A DNA stretch of 64,000 bases from Utricularia gibba (lineage: Eukaryota; Plantae; Magnoliophyta). Both the position numbers and the translations under genes were made by a program. The stretch's first letter is position 1; the number at the start of each line of letters is the position of its first letter. The stretch spans positions 3,100,001 through 3,164,000 of the forward strand of contig NEEC01000004.1 in the NCBI GenBank assembly GCA_002189035.1, given 5' to 3'. This document shows positions 37,608 to 50,468 of this stretch, piece by piece. The notes below the pieces were generated by a model, which saw only the letters and a program-made list of their open reading frames with translations, did not search any database and was not told the DNA's origin.

Positions 37608-39628
37608 TGACAACACCATTTTTGTTGTGTTTTTATATATGTTTTTAAGTATGTTTTGTGGGGATAAATGTTAATTAGTGTGCTAAATTGTGTTCTTTTG
37701 CGTATTTAGTCTTTTAGAATGTGTTTATTGTGAAAACAGGCTCAATTAGCAACAATTGGGCTGAAAACTCTAATATTTCGTCTAGTCTGTGTTTTAAGTC
37801 TTACCAGGGTAAGAGCTAGTACTGTAGCAACGCACTTTCCGTGTTGACAAGTCAAAGGAGACAGAATAGCTGTACAAAAGTCACTTTCCACCGAAAGTAG
37901 CCGCCCTTCTGAAAAGATAAGATTTGGAGCAGAGATCTCTCTTCTAGAAGACTGAGGAAAGGACAATGCTACCCTGACTTTTGAGTTGCAAAAGGGAAAA
38001 AGGAAGGGAGAGAGAGTAGAGAGTACACTGTGCACGCAGAGTGCACAGACAGCGAACAGGAGCGAGCGGGAATGAGGAGAACGTCGTTTCTCCGGTGAAA
38101 GTCTCCAGCGACCTCCAGATCTGCATGTCCACACCACCGTTCCAGCCAGAACTTCGATTTCCAGCAGATATCCAGTCCACAGAAGCATCCTGCAACTTTT
38201 ATTTACAGATTTCTGTCTTCCATTTCTGCGAGAACCTGTTATTGTTACTATTTTCATTTCTAAGCTTTCTACTGCTTTTCGGAACCTTGTTGTGAACGGG
38301 AAACTCGTTGTAGAACTTGCTTTAGTTTATAAACATGTCTCTATTTAAGCTTTTCACATTTGCTTTTAAGCTTGATATGCCATTTACTGTTCCTGCGCAC
38401 GCATACTCTGTTTTCGCACAATCTTACTCTGTTTTTAAGCGTTCTTAAGCTGGGTTTAAGCCTATGGGCTCTCTTGTGTTGAACTTCAAAAAATTGCAAC
38501 CATTCCCTGTGGATTCGACCCTTGCTTGCCACGCTACATTAATTCTTGTGATTTGTATAGTAGAATAGCTCGGTTTATAAATTTCTTTTGATGCGTTGAA
38601 TGTGCTAAACCGCGACATTTAGCAACCCATTCCAACGTCCATCAAAATGGGGCCGTTGCCGGGGAATGGTGTCTGTTAATTTCTCTGTTGTTAATGCATT
38701 TACGTTCCTTTGTAGGTCCACTTGAACCCCTTGATTTGGAGATTGAGAGGACTGAAAAATTACTGAGAAAGAAGCACAAACAAAGTCAGCAAGAGGCTAA
38801 GTTGAGAGACGCAGAGATGGCTGACAACCCACCAAACAACCAGCAGCTTGTAAATATTTTGGAGAAGACTATTGGAGAGTATGAGTCACTAGATCATACA
38901 TACCGAGGGCACTGCATTACCTTTCCTATAGCAGCAATTAATTTGGAATTGAGGCCAGGAACTCTTGCTTTGTTTCCTAAATATTATGGGAACAAAAATG
39001 TGGATCCTCATATGCACATTGATGATTGTATTGCTGTTGGAGCTGTGCTGCGACCCATGGACGTTACTGAGGACGATTTACTACTCAGAGTCTTCCAATT
39101 TACTCTTGAATGACATGTCAAGACTTGGTTCAACACACTTGAACCTGGAAGTATTAGAAGTTGGATGGAACTGAAGAAAGCATTTTTAAATCAGTTTTTT
39201 CCTACCTTTAGAGCAGACGAAATTCAAAGCAAAATTGAAAATATTTTTCAGCATTATGATGAGCCTCTGCATGAGTATTGGGACAGGTTCACTACTCTTC
39301 TTTCGAGCTGCCCACACCATGGTTTTGATAAATTGCAGCAGGTGAAGTGTTTTTTGAAGGGCTTGACTGCTGCCCAAAGAGATAAGTTGGATTCTGTTGC
39401 ACATGGGAATATGAGGACTCTGACTCCATCTGAAGGCTGGTAGAAAATTAAAGAAATGATTGGACATTCAAGGCATTCTCAGTTTCGATCTCGAGCCAAG
39501 CGCCAAGTGAATGAAAATATTTTAGGGTTTAGGGCAGATGAAATTCAAAGCAAAATTGAAAATATTTTTCAGGATTATGATGAGCCTCTGCATGAGTATT
39601 GGGACAGGTTCACTACTCTTCTTTCGAG
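37608..39628 (+). mobile_element. Athila-like 5' fragment (family-C LTR, PBS, gag stub)
   Basis: LTR TGAC...ATCA at 37608-38644. PBS TGGGGCCGTTGCCGGGGAA (tRNA-Asp type) at 38648. Gag LEPLDLEIERT...LELRPGTLALFPKYYG...VDPHMH...ELKKAFLNQFFP...EPLHEYWDRF. Confidence 0.88.
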
Positions 39629-42600
39629 TTATACGGATTCGACCAGTGGGCCGTGCAAACTATCGGGAAAATAACCCTGCCCGTAACATTCGGAGCGGCT
39701 GGGAGGAGCCGCACCGAGAGGTTGGAATTCTTGATCCTGGATTTGGAGGTCTCATACAACATCATCCTCGGACGACCCGATATCAATCAATCCAGTATAT
39801 TACCCTCAACTGTGCATCTGAAAATTAAATTTACAACACCAAGGGGCATATGCACGCTGGATATCGACCAACCAGCAGCCCAGTCTTGTTATTTATCTTC
39901 CTGCCAGGATCCCTACGCGAAAAAGCCGAGAGTGATGATGCTGGACAAGGAACCCTGGGAACCTCCTAGACAAGCAATGGAGCCGGTGGGGTACAAGTCG
40001 GTGCAATTAGTGCCAGGAGATGCGCATAAGGAAACCCGCATTGGTGCCAACCTAGACACCGAATTCGAGAAGAGGTTAGCGGAACTCTTGACGAGGAATG
40101 CCGATATTTTTGCCTGGACTGCTGCAGACTTTGTAGGCATTGATCGATCCATTGCTGAGCATTACATTGATACCTACCCGGGGGCAAAACCAATTCGGCA
40201 GAAGCAACAACATTTCCTTGAGGAGAAGTGCCGAATTATCAAAGAAAAAACGAGGGAGCTCCTGGAAGCTAGATACGTGAAGGAGATCCAATACTCCGAG
40301 TGGGTAGCCAACCCAGTCTTCGTCCCAAAGCCCAGGGGAAAATGGAGGATGTGCGTCGATTTCACCGACCTCAATGCCTGCTGTGAAAGGGATCCTTACC
40401 CCTTGCCAAAGATTGATAAGCTGGTGGATGCCATTGTCAGGTCCCGATTCCTAAGCACCATGGATGCCTATTCGAGATATCATCAAATCTTCGTTGCCAA
40501 GAAAGACCAATCGAAGACCACCTTCTACACCATGGTAGCCTGCTACGTGGCGATGCCCTTCGATTTGAAGAATACTGGGGCGACTTATCAGAGGTTGGTA
40601 AATAAAATATTCTCTTCTGAAATCGGTACCTCGATGGAAGTGTATGTGGACGATATGATCGTGAAATCTATGAATGAGGAAGACCATTTGGCGTATTTGG
40701 ATTCTTGTTTCTCTTTATGTTGGTCATACGGGTTAAAACTCAACCCGCTGAACTGTTGCTTCGGGGTAAAAAGTGGAAAGTTCCTTGGGCATTATGTGTC
40801 AGAGAGAGGAATCGAGGCTGATCTCAAGAAGATTAAGGCTATATGCAAAATGCAACCCCCACGGACAGTCAAGGAGTACCAGAGTCTCACGGATAAATTG
40901 GCTGTCCTCAGCCTTTTCATATCACGGTCAGTTGATAAGTCGGCACCTTTCTTCAAGGTCCTACAAAAGGGAAATTGTTTAGAATGGAACGAGGATTGCC
41001 GAATTGCTTTTGAAAACCTCAAGGAATATCTCTCATCACCCCCGCTCCTTGTGGCTCCAAAGGCCGGGGAGCCTCTAGGACTTTATATGTCGATATCGCC
41101 CGTTGCAGTCAGCGCAGCCTTGACGACCATCTCGCTAGATAAACACTTGCCAGTGTATTATGTGAGCAAGGTTCTACTACTAGCCGAAACCCGGTATATG
41201 GTGATAGAAAAATTCATCTTGGCACTGAAGATGGCGGCCACCAAGTTGAGGTCATATTTCCAAGATAGGCACATCGTGGTGTTCACAAATCAGCCTTTGA
41301 AGAATATCCTATCTCGACTAGAGATTTCTGGAAGGGTTGCCAAATGGGCGGTTGAATTGAGTACGATGGACATTGAGTTTAAGTTGAGAACAGCAATCAA
41401 GGCCCAACCTCTTGCCGATTTCGTGGTCGAAATGACCATACCTATTGACCGTTTTGTAGAAACCAATGACCGATGGACAATGTACATCGACGGCTCCACA
41501 TACAACAGGGCTAGTGGAGGAATCGATATCCGAACTCGGGACAAAGAGCATATCTATATCACGGTGAAGTTTCTATTCCCTGCTTCTAACAATGTAGCCG
41601 AGTATGAGGCCTTGATCGAAGGGGTGAAAATTGCCAGGGAGCTTGGTGTTGCAGAGCTCGATGTTTATACGGACTCACGGCTAGTACAAGGACAATATTC
41701 GGGTGAATATGAAACTCATGATCCCCTGATGGCTCTATATTGTGCTAAGGTAAAGGAGTTAGCAAGGACCTTCAAGGAGTACACCTTGTCACATGTCGCA
41801 CGAGAGGAGAATGGATCCGCGGATAGCCTCGTCCGATTTGCAGCAGGCTTCCCGAAATTCAAGGAAGGAAGCGTGACGATCCGATTACGGGATCAGCCTT
41901 CGGTAACTTTGCGGGCAGTGAATCATATTACCCAACAGTTGGGCAACAACATCTCCCCGCAGTTGAACCTCCTTGAAGATTGGACATTGCATCTATAGTC
42001 GATACAAAATGGAGAAAAAGCACCCGATAAAGCGGAAGCCAGACAGCTAGAGATGAAGGCAAGGAGATATACACTAATGAATGGAATTCTCTACCGAAGA
42101 TCATTAGATGGACCCCTATTGAGGTGTATCGGGACAAAACACTCTCAAGAACTTATCACCGATCTGCATGAAGGGGAATGCGGCAGGCACGTCGGGATAC
42201 GATCCTTGTGCAGGAAGGCTTTAAGAACCGGATATTATTGGCCAACTATGAAGCGGGATATCACCGAAATGGTGAGGAAGTGCAAAGTATGCCAATACCA
42301 TGCAAGTATACCAAGGAAACCGATAAATGACCTGACCACTCTTCAATTTTCATACCTATTCGATCGATGGGGAGTGGATATTATGGGGCCGTTCCCCCAT
42401 AATAACAAAGGAAATTTGTTATCGTGGGAGTCGAATATTTCTCCAAATGGGTAGAGGCTGAAGTCGTGGTGAAAATATCAGAGGAGACCGTTATTCGATC
42501 TTGTGGAGAAATATCTTTGTCCGGTTCGGTATCCCTCAAGAACTAGTGACCGATAATGGAACCCAATTCGCCGGTGGAAGAATGGATGCATTCCTGGATA

Positions 42601-43196
42601 AATACTCGGTCAAGCACAACTTCACTTCGGTGTATCACCCGCAAAGCAATGGTCTCACGGAGGTAACAAACCGGACGCTCAGGCTAGGTATGAAGACTAA
42701 GCTTGAAGATTTTGGAGGGTCATGGTCAGATCAATTGGAGGAGGTGCTATAGTCGTATCGCACCACTCCCCGAACCACCACTGAAGAGTCCCCTTTCTTA
42801 TTGGTTTACGGTTCGGAAGCCGTATGCCCAATTGAACTAACCTTGAAGAACTACCGGGTGGAACACTATAATGAAGAGAACACTGACCTGCGAAAATTGG
42901 AGTTGAGCTGTTGGAAGAAAAACGACAAAGCATCTATAGTCGACTAGGGGCTTATCAGTGAAGAACGGAGAAGAGTTACAACAAGTCGGTATCCCCAAGG
43001 GAATTCTCTGAGGGGGATCTGGTGCTCCGAAGCATCTAACCCCAAAGATATGTTGGGAAATTAGACCGCAACTTGGAAGGCCCTTATCAGATTTCAAGGG
43101 TGATCAAAAAAGGAGCGTATCATCTAGAACAGTTAGACGGTGTGGAATTCCCAAGATCATGGAATGCGTGATCACCTAAGGAAATTCTATGCCTAA
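39629..43196 (+). pseudogene. Retand pol: PR-RT-RH-aRH open to 41998, integrase disrupted
   Basis: PR YNIILGRP. RT WVANPVFVPK, WRMCVDFTDLN, YVDDMIV. aRH MYIDGS, NNVAEYEAL, YTDSRLV. IN HEGECGRH, WGVDIMGPF, VTDNGTQF, ending HLRKFYA*. Confidence 0.9.
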
Positions 43197-44448
43197 CTGG
43201 CTCAGTATCGATCTCTATCACGGGTTTGCACAGGATTCGGTATTTTCTTCCTCAAAACGCTCAAGCGGCTATAAATTCCTTCAAAGTGGAGATGAGTAAG
43301 CGAAACCATAAGCCCTGGCCGCGTGGCATAAGCCCAGGCAGACCCTCCAAAATCAAAACCATGAGCCCTGGTTAAACAATGAAAGCCCAGGCAAATCTCC
43401 TAAATCGGCATCCCCAGCTAGATACAATAGAACGTTTCGGGTTTTTCCTGATATATATTCGACCACCTAAACCCAGGCGCCAGTGACAAGGGTAAGCCCT
43501 GGTACAATTCGGGCACCGTTTTCCTCAAACTGCACGCGTCAGCCCCAAAAAGCCCTTAGGTACCGACCTCATTGTCGAAACCTAGAGATGACAAGAGCAC
43601 CCAAAGCAAGTCCGCCCATGTTCAAAACAATGGGATTCAGCCAGAAGAGGGCCCTTTCGGATTGGAGAAGTCGTTCAACCCATGAGGGGTTCCGACCTAC
43701 TTCCCTAGCCGCGGTTCAGCTCGCATGAGGAAATACTAAGGCAAACCAAAATCAAAAAGCCCAACCAAAGGGATGGCAAAAAGGCACCCACCCCCCGAAT
43801 CACGAAAGCCCAAGTGAATATCCCAAACCTAAACCCTGTTATGGGCACAGCACACCAACTCGGGGTTCCCCCCCCCCCCCCCTCCCAGAACGTGAAACCT
43901 CCTAAACCAAGGCGGTAGTGATGAGAATACGCCTTGATACGATCTGGGCACCGGTTTTTTGAAACCAATCGTGTACGCCCCGAAAAACCCCCAGAGTAAG
44001 ACTCGTGCTGTCGAATCCAAAAACGACAAACACACTCGGAATAAATTTGTCTATACTCTGAAAGATATGGAGGATCCACCCGAGTCGGAGAGACAATGCG
44101 GTTCCCAAGAGGATCCGAGTCATAACCTTAACACACACGTATGCTGAAAAACCCCGCCAGGCTGAAAAACCCCACCAGGAGACTAATGAATCACGTAACA
44201 TATCAAACGAGGAGATCAGTAAAGGCAAAGGTGAGATGCAAAAACTGAAGAGAATCCTGAATCGGGATACCAAAATGTTCAAAAGACCCCACAGCAGGGG
44301 GAAAGCCACCAAGTCAAGAAAAATAATAAGAGTGCAAGAGGGGATGGGGGATTAGCGGGGGGACCAGATGAGGAGCCAATATGTCTTTCCATCCTTGCCC
44401 TCAACTTGGCTTCGTTCTCTCGCCCAATCCTAGCCTGTACGAGTGCAA

Positions 44449-44987
44449 TCAGGCGCTCCCGATCCGCTTTGAATCCGAACTCAGGGCTTGGAAAGTATCC
44501 ACAATAACGTCTAGCATATTCTCATCCTTCATCAGGGGATTTATCCTATCGAAGCGTGGATCCATGATTGAAAGCCTGAACTCTCGGCTGAACTGTCGCC
44601 TCTGACGGTATAAGAGTAGGCCGATTAGGTCCCCTGCATAGATATTAGAGAGTTCGGCAAAACAGGCCAAGTTAACAAAGTCCTCTAGAAGACCCTGCCG
44701 AGACACTCGTTGATCAAGCAACTCGGCCTCTAGTGCCGAAATGTGACCCCTGGCGTGCTCTAACTCTGCTTCTGCCTCCTCAAATCGGACTTTGAAGCCT
44801 TCCCTCTCCGACTTAGCATCATCAACTGCCTTTCCCATTTCTTCGACCATGTTCTGCAATTCTTCATCAACTGCCGGGTACGTTTCCCTAGAACCGTCTT
44901 CAGTGAACTCCCCTCTTCCTCCAGCAACTTCACCTTGGTTTGAAGTCGAGAAATTGTCTCCGATTGCGAACCAATCTCTTTAACCAT
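44449..44987 (-). pseudogene. Antisense coiled-coil ORF in the Retand 3' region (frameshifted, 5'-truncated)
   Basis: ORFs 44760-44987 and 44449-44859 join into a heptad-rich stretch (TISRLQTKVKLLEEE...FEEAEAELEHARGHISALEAEL). Confidence 0.55.
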
Positions 44988-44999
44988 CCCCCACCCAAA

Positions 45000-45500
45000 A
45001 GTTAGAGCCTAGAGGAAAATTGCCAAGTCAAAGACCAAATTGCAATATCATTTGAACTAGCATTATCAACAATCATTATGAAGATCCTTTTCAAATCCCA
45101 ATTGCACAAACATCGATCAATAGCTATGCCAATGCCCCTTCCCTTTTGCAAAGTAATTGAACAAAAAATTAGAAGAATCCCCTCCATAATTAACACCAAA
45201 AATCAAGCAATTCCTGTGATGGATATTGTGGTTGTATCCTTTATTTGCATCTATTAAGGTGGTTTCACATGACAAAAGCTCCATTTGATTTTGAATCAGC
45301 TTTAATTTTTGCTCCACATGCCTTACATTAAGCTCTAACAACACCATCCTCTTCATTAATAAGTCCATCTAAATCATAACAACAAATTGCTCTCAAGTTT
45401 GGGTGTTTCCTTTTCTTTCCACTAGATACCAATGGAATAGACTTTGTACAGTGTATTTGATTTGGATTTGATGTATCTATGTAATATTCATCTTCATCCA
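45000..45500 (-). pseudogene. Internally deleted hAT transposase remnant
   Basis: BED finger CKACGAKIKADSKSNG...NHLNRC is fused directly to IAIDRCLCNWDLKRIFIMIVDNASSND, the hAT catalytic D motif. Confidence 0.75.
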
Positions 45501-45702
45501 TCTAAATGGGTTGGACAAAAAAAATAGAAAAAACAATAAAACAATTGACAATGATATTTCCCTTTTAAGCATGGTCTTCAAATGATTAGAAGAATTCACA
45601 AACGATACAAAATCATAACTCATGAGCACAACTAATCCTAAACCCTAGTAATACAATCCTCCAACCAAAAAGAATCATAAGCGCAAACTTTTTTATGTAC
45701 CT

Positions 45703-48700
45703 TGTAATAAACGGGAATTTTAGCAATGTCGTTTCAATAAAAGCAAATTTCCGTATCAAATAAATTTATAAGCCCTAATCTACAGAAAATATAAATTTAG
45801 AAAACTTGTATAGTGAATTTCGAAGTCGATCACGAGGAGCATGTGCTCTCTAAGTATTTCAGTAGATGCATAATTCAGAATAGCAGTGAGCCTTAGTCTA
45901 AGCTCGGACCAACAATGGTAAACAAGTTCAATAAACAAATCAGATCTCAACGCTAAAATTAACAAATATTGGTTCTAACTCAGAATAATACTAAGATGTT
46001 TTAAGGGTCTGCAAGTGGTACAGTGCTAAGGTACCTAATTTAATTTACCATGTTCCTACACTCAAAAATTCAACTAATCTAAGTCTACTCAGGTCATTCA
46101 TCACATTTTCGGCTAAGCTAGTTCCCAATATCATTATCAACATTGCAATTAGGGCTACCCGCATGCAAAGCATATAGAACAAGATCTACCTGGTTCTATT
46201 GGTTCTACCCTAGACTGGGTCTTGATCTTCTTCCTCTACGCTAGAGGTTCTTCTTCAAAAAAATTGCCCTTCTACTCCTTCTAGTTTCGTATTCTTCATG
46301 TTGGAGTTGGGGAGAAACCCCTCGTGTGTGTGTTGCAAACTCTGGTCGAACCCCATTTTGTGAGTCTCTCTCCTCCCCATCTTTCTCTCGCCTCTCACTT
46401 CTCAAGGCAAGTACAATCTCTGACAACTCTGCTGCTCTTGCCCCTGACTTGCAAACTGCTGTCGTGACAATGTACTCATTGCTCCATACAACCTGGTGAC
46501 TTGCCAAAATCTTGATTTCTTCCTTGATTTTCGGGTTGCTGCTAGACTCAAAAATTGGGTTAGAACATGGGTGGGCTAAATCAAAGGATTTAGCCTACTA
46601 ACACACCAAAAATCATATTTTCCTAAGTTATATAAAAATACTTAAAACTATAAAATAAACAACTAAACATAATTAAAAACTCATGATTATCATATTCTAA
46701 AAATATGAAAATTTGTGTGCTATTACACTATACTACAACGACACTAGACTTATCCCCAAGTCCTACCTAAGACTAACAGAAAACTAGTTCTTTCAGCATT
46801 AGTGATGAACATAAACAACTAAGAGATTCCTCTTGAGGAATGTTTTCGAAGATCATATTTAATTCCTCCAAAGTCACTTAAGGTCACGGTTGCCAACCCA
46901 TTTTTTTTATCCTTTTTTTTCTTTCTTTTTTTTGGCAGTGAAGGGGTAGCTTGTTCAAGACTAATCCGGGCACCAATGCCTTTTCTTTATCAGAGTGTTG
47001 GGTCTTTCCGTTTTTTCCGTGTAGAGGGCTCCCCCACCTCCGCTGTCTGAGGGATCACGTCTACTTCTCGAGGATTCTCAATAGTGGTAGCAGCAGGCTG
47101 AACCACTTCTTCCTGGGTTGGAACAACATTGCTGGTTGCTTCAGCATCCCCTGTTCCTTCCTTTGCCTACTCCTTTAGCATCTTTTTCCGGCCAGACTTC
47201 TCCTTTGTGGCCTTCTTTGTGCTTCATGTTGCCGGCATCGGGTTTCTACAGCTGTAATTTTTTTGCAGAAAAATCGCAGACAAATGGGTGAAGTGAAGAA
47301 TAGTCACGGCTCTTCTAAGTAGTTTTAAGCATGAAGGGCATTTTTTTCATTCCCCTACGGTAGAACTTCCCACTCATCTCAACGATCTGATTTTTGTAAC
47401 TCTTCATCAATAACTCCCCTTAACACTAATAATCATTTCCTAGCAGCACAAAATACGGATAAAATTCCTAAAGAAAACTACACTAAATCCCTAAATTAGA
47501 AATTAAAATGCTGAAATTAAAAACATAGCCATGGGTTGCCTCCCATAAGTGCCCTTGTTTATAGTCTTGGACCCGACTTCTCGTGTGGCTACATTTCTGG
47601 AGCGTCCATCAACTTGGTCACCTCCAAATTTCATGTGAACATGTTAGCATTTTCATAAAAAAAATTTCAATCATTGCCTATTTACCAAAAATCCCTTGTT
47701 TGAGTCTCCATCAAATATCTCCACTACACCATTTGGAAAAATTTCCTTCACAATAAAAGGCCCTATCCATCTTGTTTTCAACTTCCCAGGTTGCAATTTC
47801 AACCTGGATTGGAACAATAAGACTTTTTGACCAATCTCGAAATTTCTCCTTAAAATATGAATGTCGTGATAGCTCTTAGTCTGAGCCTTAAATACTTTTG
47901 AGCTCTCATACGCATCATTTCTCAACTCCTCCAGTTCTAAAAGCTGGAGCTTCCTGTGACTTGCACTGAGGTTCCTATCTAAATTTAACTTCTTCACTGC
48001 CCACCAAGCCTTGTGTTCAAGAGCTGCTGGTAATCTACAAGGCTTCCCATAGACCAACCGAAATGGTAAGGTCCCAATGGGAGTCTTGTATGTTGTTTGT
48101 ATGGCCCAAAGTGCATCTTTTAACCTCATCCTCCAATCCTTCCTACTTGGGTTCACAACTTTCTCCAGAGTTTTTTTGATTTTTCTATTGGAGACTTCGG
48201 TTGGCCCATTGGTTTGTGGATGGTACGCTATAGAAGGCTTGCACCAAACATTGAAATGCTTCAAAACACTCCTTAAGGTCTGATTGTAAAAATGTGTTCC
48301 CCCATCACTGATCAGTGCTTTAGGAGTTCCATATCTCGTGAAGATGTTGTTGCGCAAGAAATTAATCACAGTCTTTGCATCATCCGTCCGTGTAGGGATT
48401 GCCTCAATCCATTTAGGCACATAATCAACCACAACCAAAATGTAATTGTAACCTGCTGAAGTAGGAAATTGTCCAATAATATCTATACCCCATACATCAA
48501 ATAATTCACATACCAGGATTCCTTGCTAAGGCCATTCGTTTCTGTTTGATAAATTTCCTACCCTTTGGCATGGTTCACAACCTTTGCAATAGGCGTAAGA
48601 ATCTCTGAAAATGTGAGGCCAATAAAACCCGCAGTCTAGAATTTTTCTTGCTATTCCGTTTGGTCCATGATGGCCACCAAAAGGTCCTGTATGACAAAAA

Positions 48701-50410
48701 TTGATTATTTTTTGAATTTCATTTTCATGAACGCACCTTCGAATGACACCATCATTGCATCGCTTTATAAATATGGATCATCTCATATGTAGTATTTGGC
48801 ATCACTCTTCAGCTTGTTCCTTGCATGATAGTCCATTCCAGGTGGCATCACCCCCGTTGAAACAAAGTTGCAAGATCAGCAAACCATGGTTCACGTATGG
48901 TAGTCCAAACTGAGAATAACTATTCATACGGAAACGTTTCAATGATGATTGCATCTCCTTCATTTACTTTAATCCTACTGAGATGATCAGCCACAAGGTT
49001 CTCCCTGTACTTTATCTCAATATCAAACTCTTGAATGAGAAGGACCCATCTAATAAGTCTTGGTTTGGAGTCCTTTTTCTCCATCAAGTACTTCACCGCC
49101 GAATGATCAGTGTATACCACTACTTTTCTACCTAAGAGATAAGAGCGAAATTTTTTCAAGGCAAAAATTACAACAAGAAATTCCCTTTCAGTGATGGTAT
49201 AATTTTTTTGGGCCTCATCCAAGATTTTCGAAGCATAAGAGATAACATGGTGCTTTCCTTCAATTTTCTGTCCCAAAACTGCACCCACAGCATATTACTT
49301 ACATTACACATGATCTCAAATCATATTTCCAATCAGGTGGTTGCATCAAAATCAAAAGCAACATCATTATGTAACAACCTACTAAGAGGCAAGGCAATTT
49401 TCGAAAAATTTTTAATAAACCTCCTATAAAAACCAACATGTCCCAAAAATGATCTAATACCTTTAACATCAATTGTATAAAGAAGCTCAGACATAATCTC
49501 AATTTCTGCCTTATCTACCTCAATTCCCTTTTTAGAAATCACATGTCTTAATACAATTCCATGATCCACCATAAAATCACATTTTTCAGAATTTAAAACC
49601 AAGTTTTTTTCCACACATTTCTTCAAAACCTTATCTAAATGGTCTAAGCATGACTCAAAATTTTCTCCATATACCATAAAATCATCCATATATATTTCAA
49701 TAAAATCATCACCGAAATTAGAGAAAATATTGGTCATACAACTCTGAAATGTGGCTGGGGCATTACACAATCCAAAAGGCATCCTTCTATAAGCATAATT
49801 TCCAAATGGGCACGTGAAGGTTGTCTTATCTTGGTTCTGCCCTAAAATAGGAACCTGATTATATCTAGAATATCCATCCAAAAAACCATAAAATGATTTT
49901 CCAGCTAATTTTTCTAACATCTCATCAATAAAAGACAAACGATAATGGTCTTTCTTTGTCACTTCATTTAATTTTAGATAATCAATGCAAAGGTGCCATC
50001 CATTTTGCACCCTTTGTGGAACAAGCTCGCCTTTCTCATTTTCCACCACAATCATACCTATCTTCTTTGGCACAACGTGAATGGGACTCACCCATTCACT
50101 ATTTGTGATAGAGTAAATAATCCCTGCATCATGGAGCTTGACAATTTCTTTTCTTACCATCTCCACAGTCATCCCTATCTTCTTGCACGAAATCTTGATT
50201 TCTTCCTTGAGTTTCGGGTTGCCGCTAGACTAAAAAATCAAGTTAGAACATGGGTGGGCTAAATCAAAGGATTTAGCTCACTAACACACTAAAAATCATA
50301 TTTTCCTAAGTTATATGAAAATACTTAAAACTATAAAATAAACAACTAAACATAATTCAAAATTCATGATTATAATATCCTAAAAGCATGAAAATTTGTG
50401 TGCTATCACA
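45703..50410 (-). mobile_element. Athila-like element (family D): 220-bp 5' LTR stub fused to RT, RH, IN, then a full 3' LTR
   Basis: 3' LTR at 45703-46727 with TGTAATA...TATTACA termini. 50191-50410 matches 46508-46727 with about 17 mismatches. RT at 49333-50172, RH at 48920-49288, IN at 47671-48800. No matching TSD. Confidence 0.88.
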
Positions 50411-50468
50411 ACATGAACACTATACATTTTTTTTTACTTGCGGTAGGCATATATTTCATATATTTCAT

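Larger units (their letters stand above)
36005..44985 (+). mobile_element. Retand/Tat-clade Ty3/gypsy element: no 3' LTR, interrupted by an Athila fragment at 37608-39628
   Basis: 5' LTR at 36005-36527. PBS TGGCGCCCACC at 36532. Gag YDGKRDPLSHV...MKCKLFACSL. Pol order is PR-RT-RH-aRH-IN. Antisense ORFs lie in the 3' region. Confidence 0.88.

Noticed and set aside
694-38666. tRNA-complementary motifs as tRNA genes; repeats as CRISPR arrays
   Set aside because: The motifs are retrotransposon PBSs of 12-19 nt, not cloverleaf genes. No regular repeat-spacer array, rRNA or long telomeric array was seen.
39599-39628. N-terminus of the 799-aa pol ORF
   Set aside because: It starts at a TTG in an off-frame reading of the duplicated Athila gag segment, so it is not a real start.
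43902-44312. Hydrophobic antisense ORF as an env-like protein
   Set aside because: It has a non-ATG start and overlaps short tandem repeats. The hydrophobicity follows from the A/C-rich plus strand, and there is no recognisable motif.
45698-50415. TSD for the family-D element
   Set aside because: The flanks TACCT and ACATG do not match, so the element cannot be called an intact single insertion.
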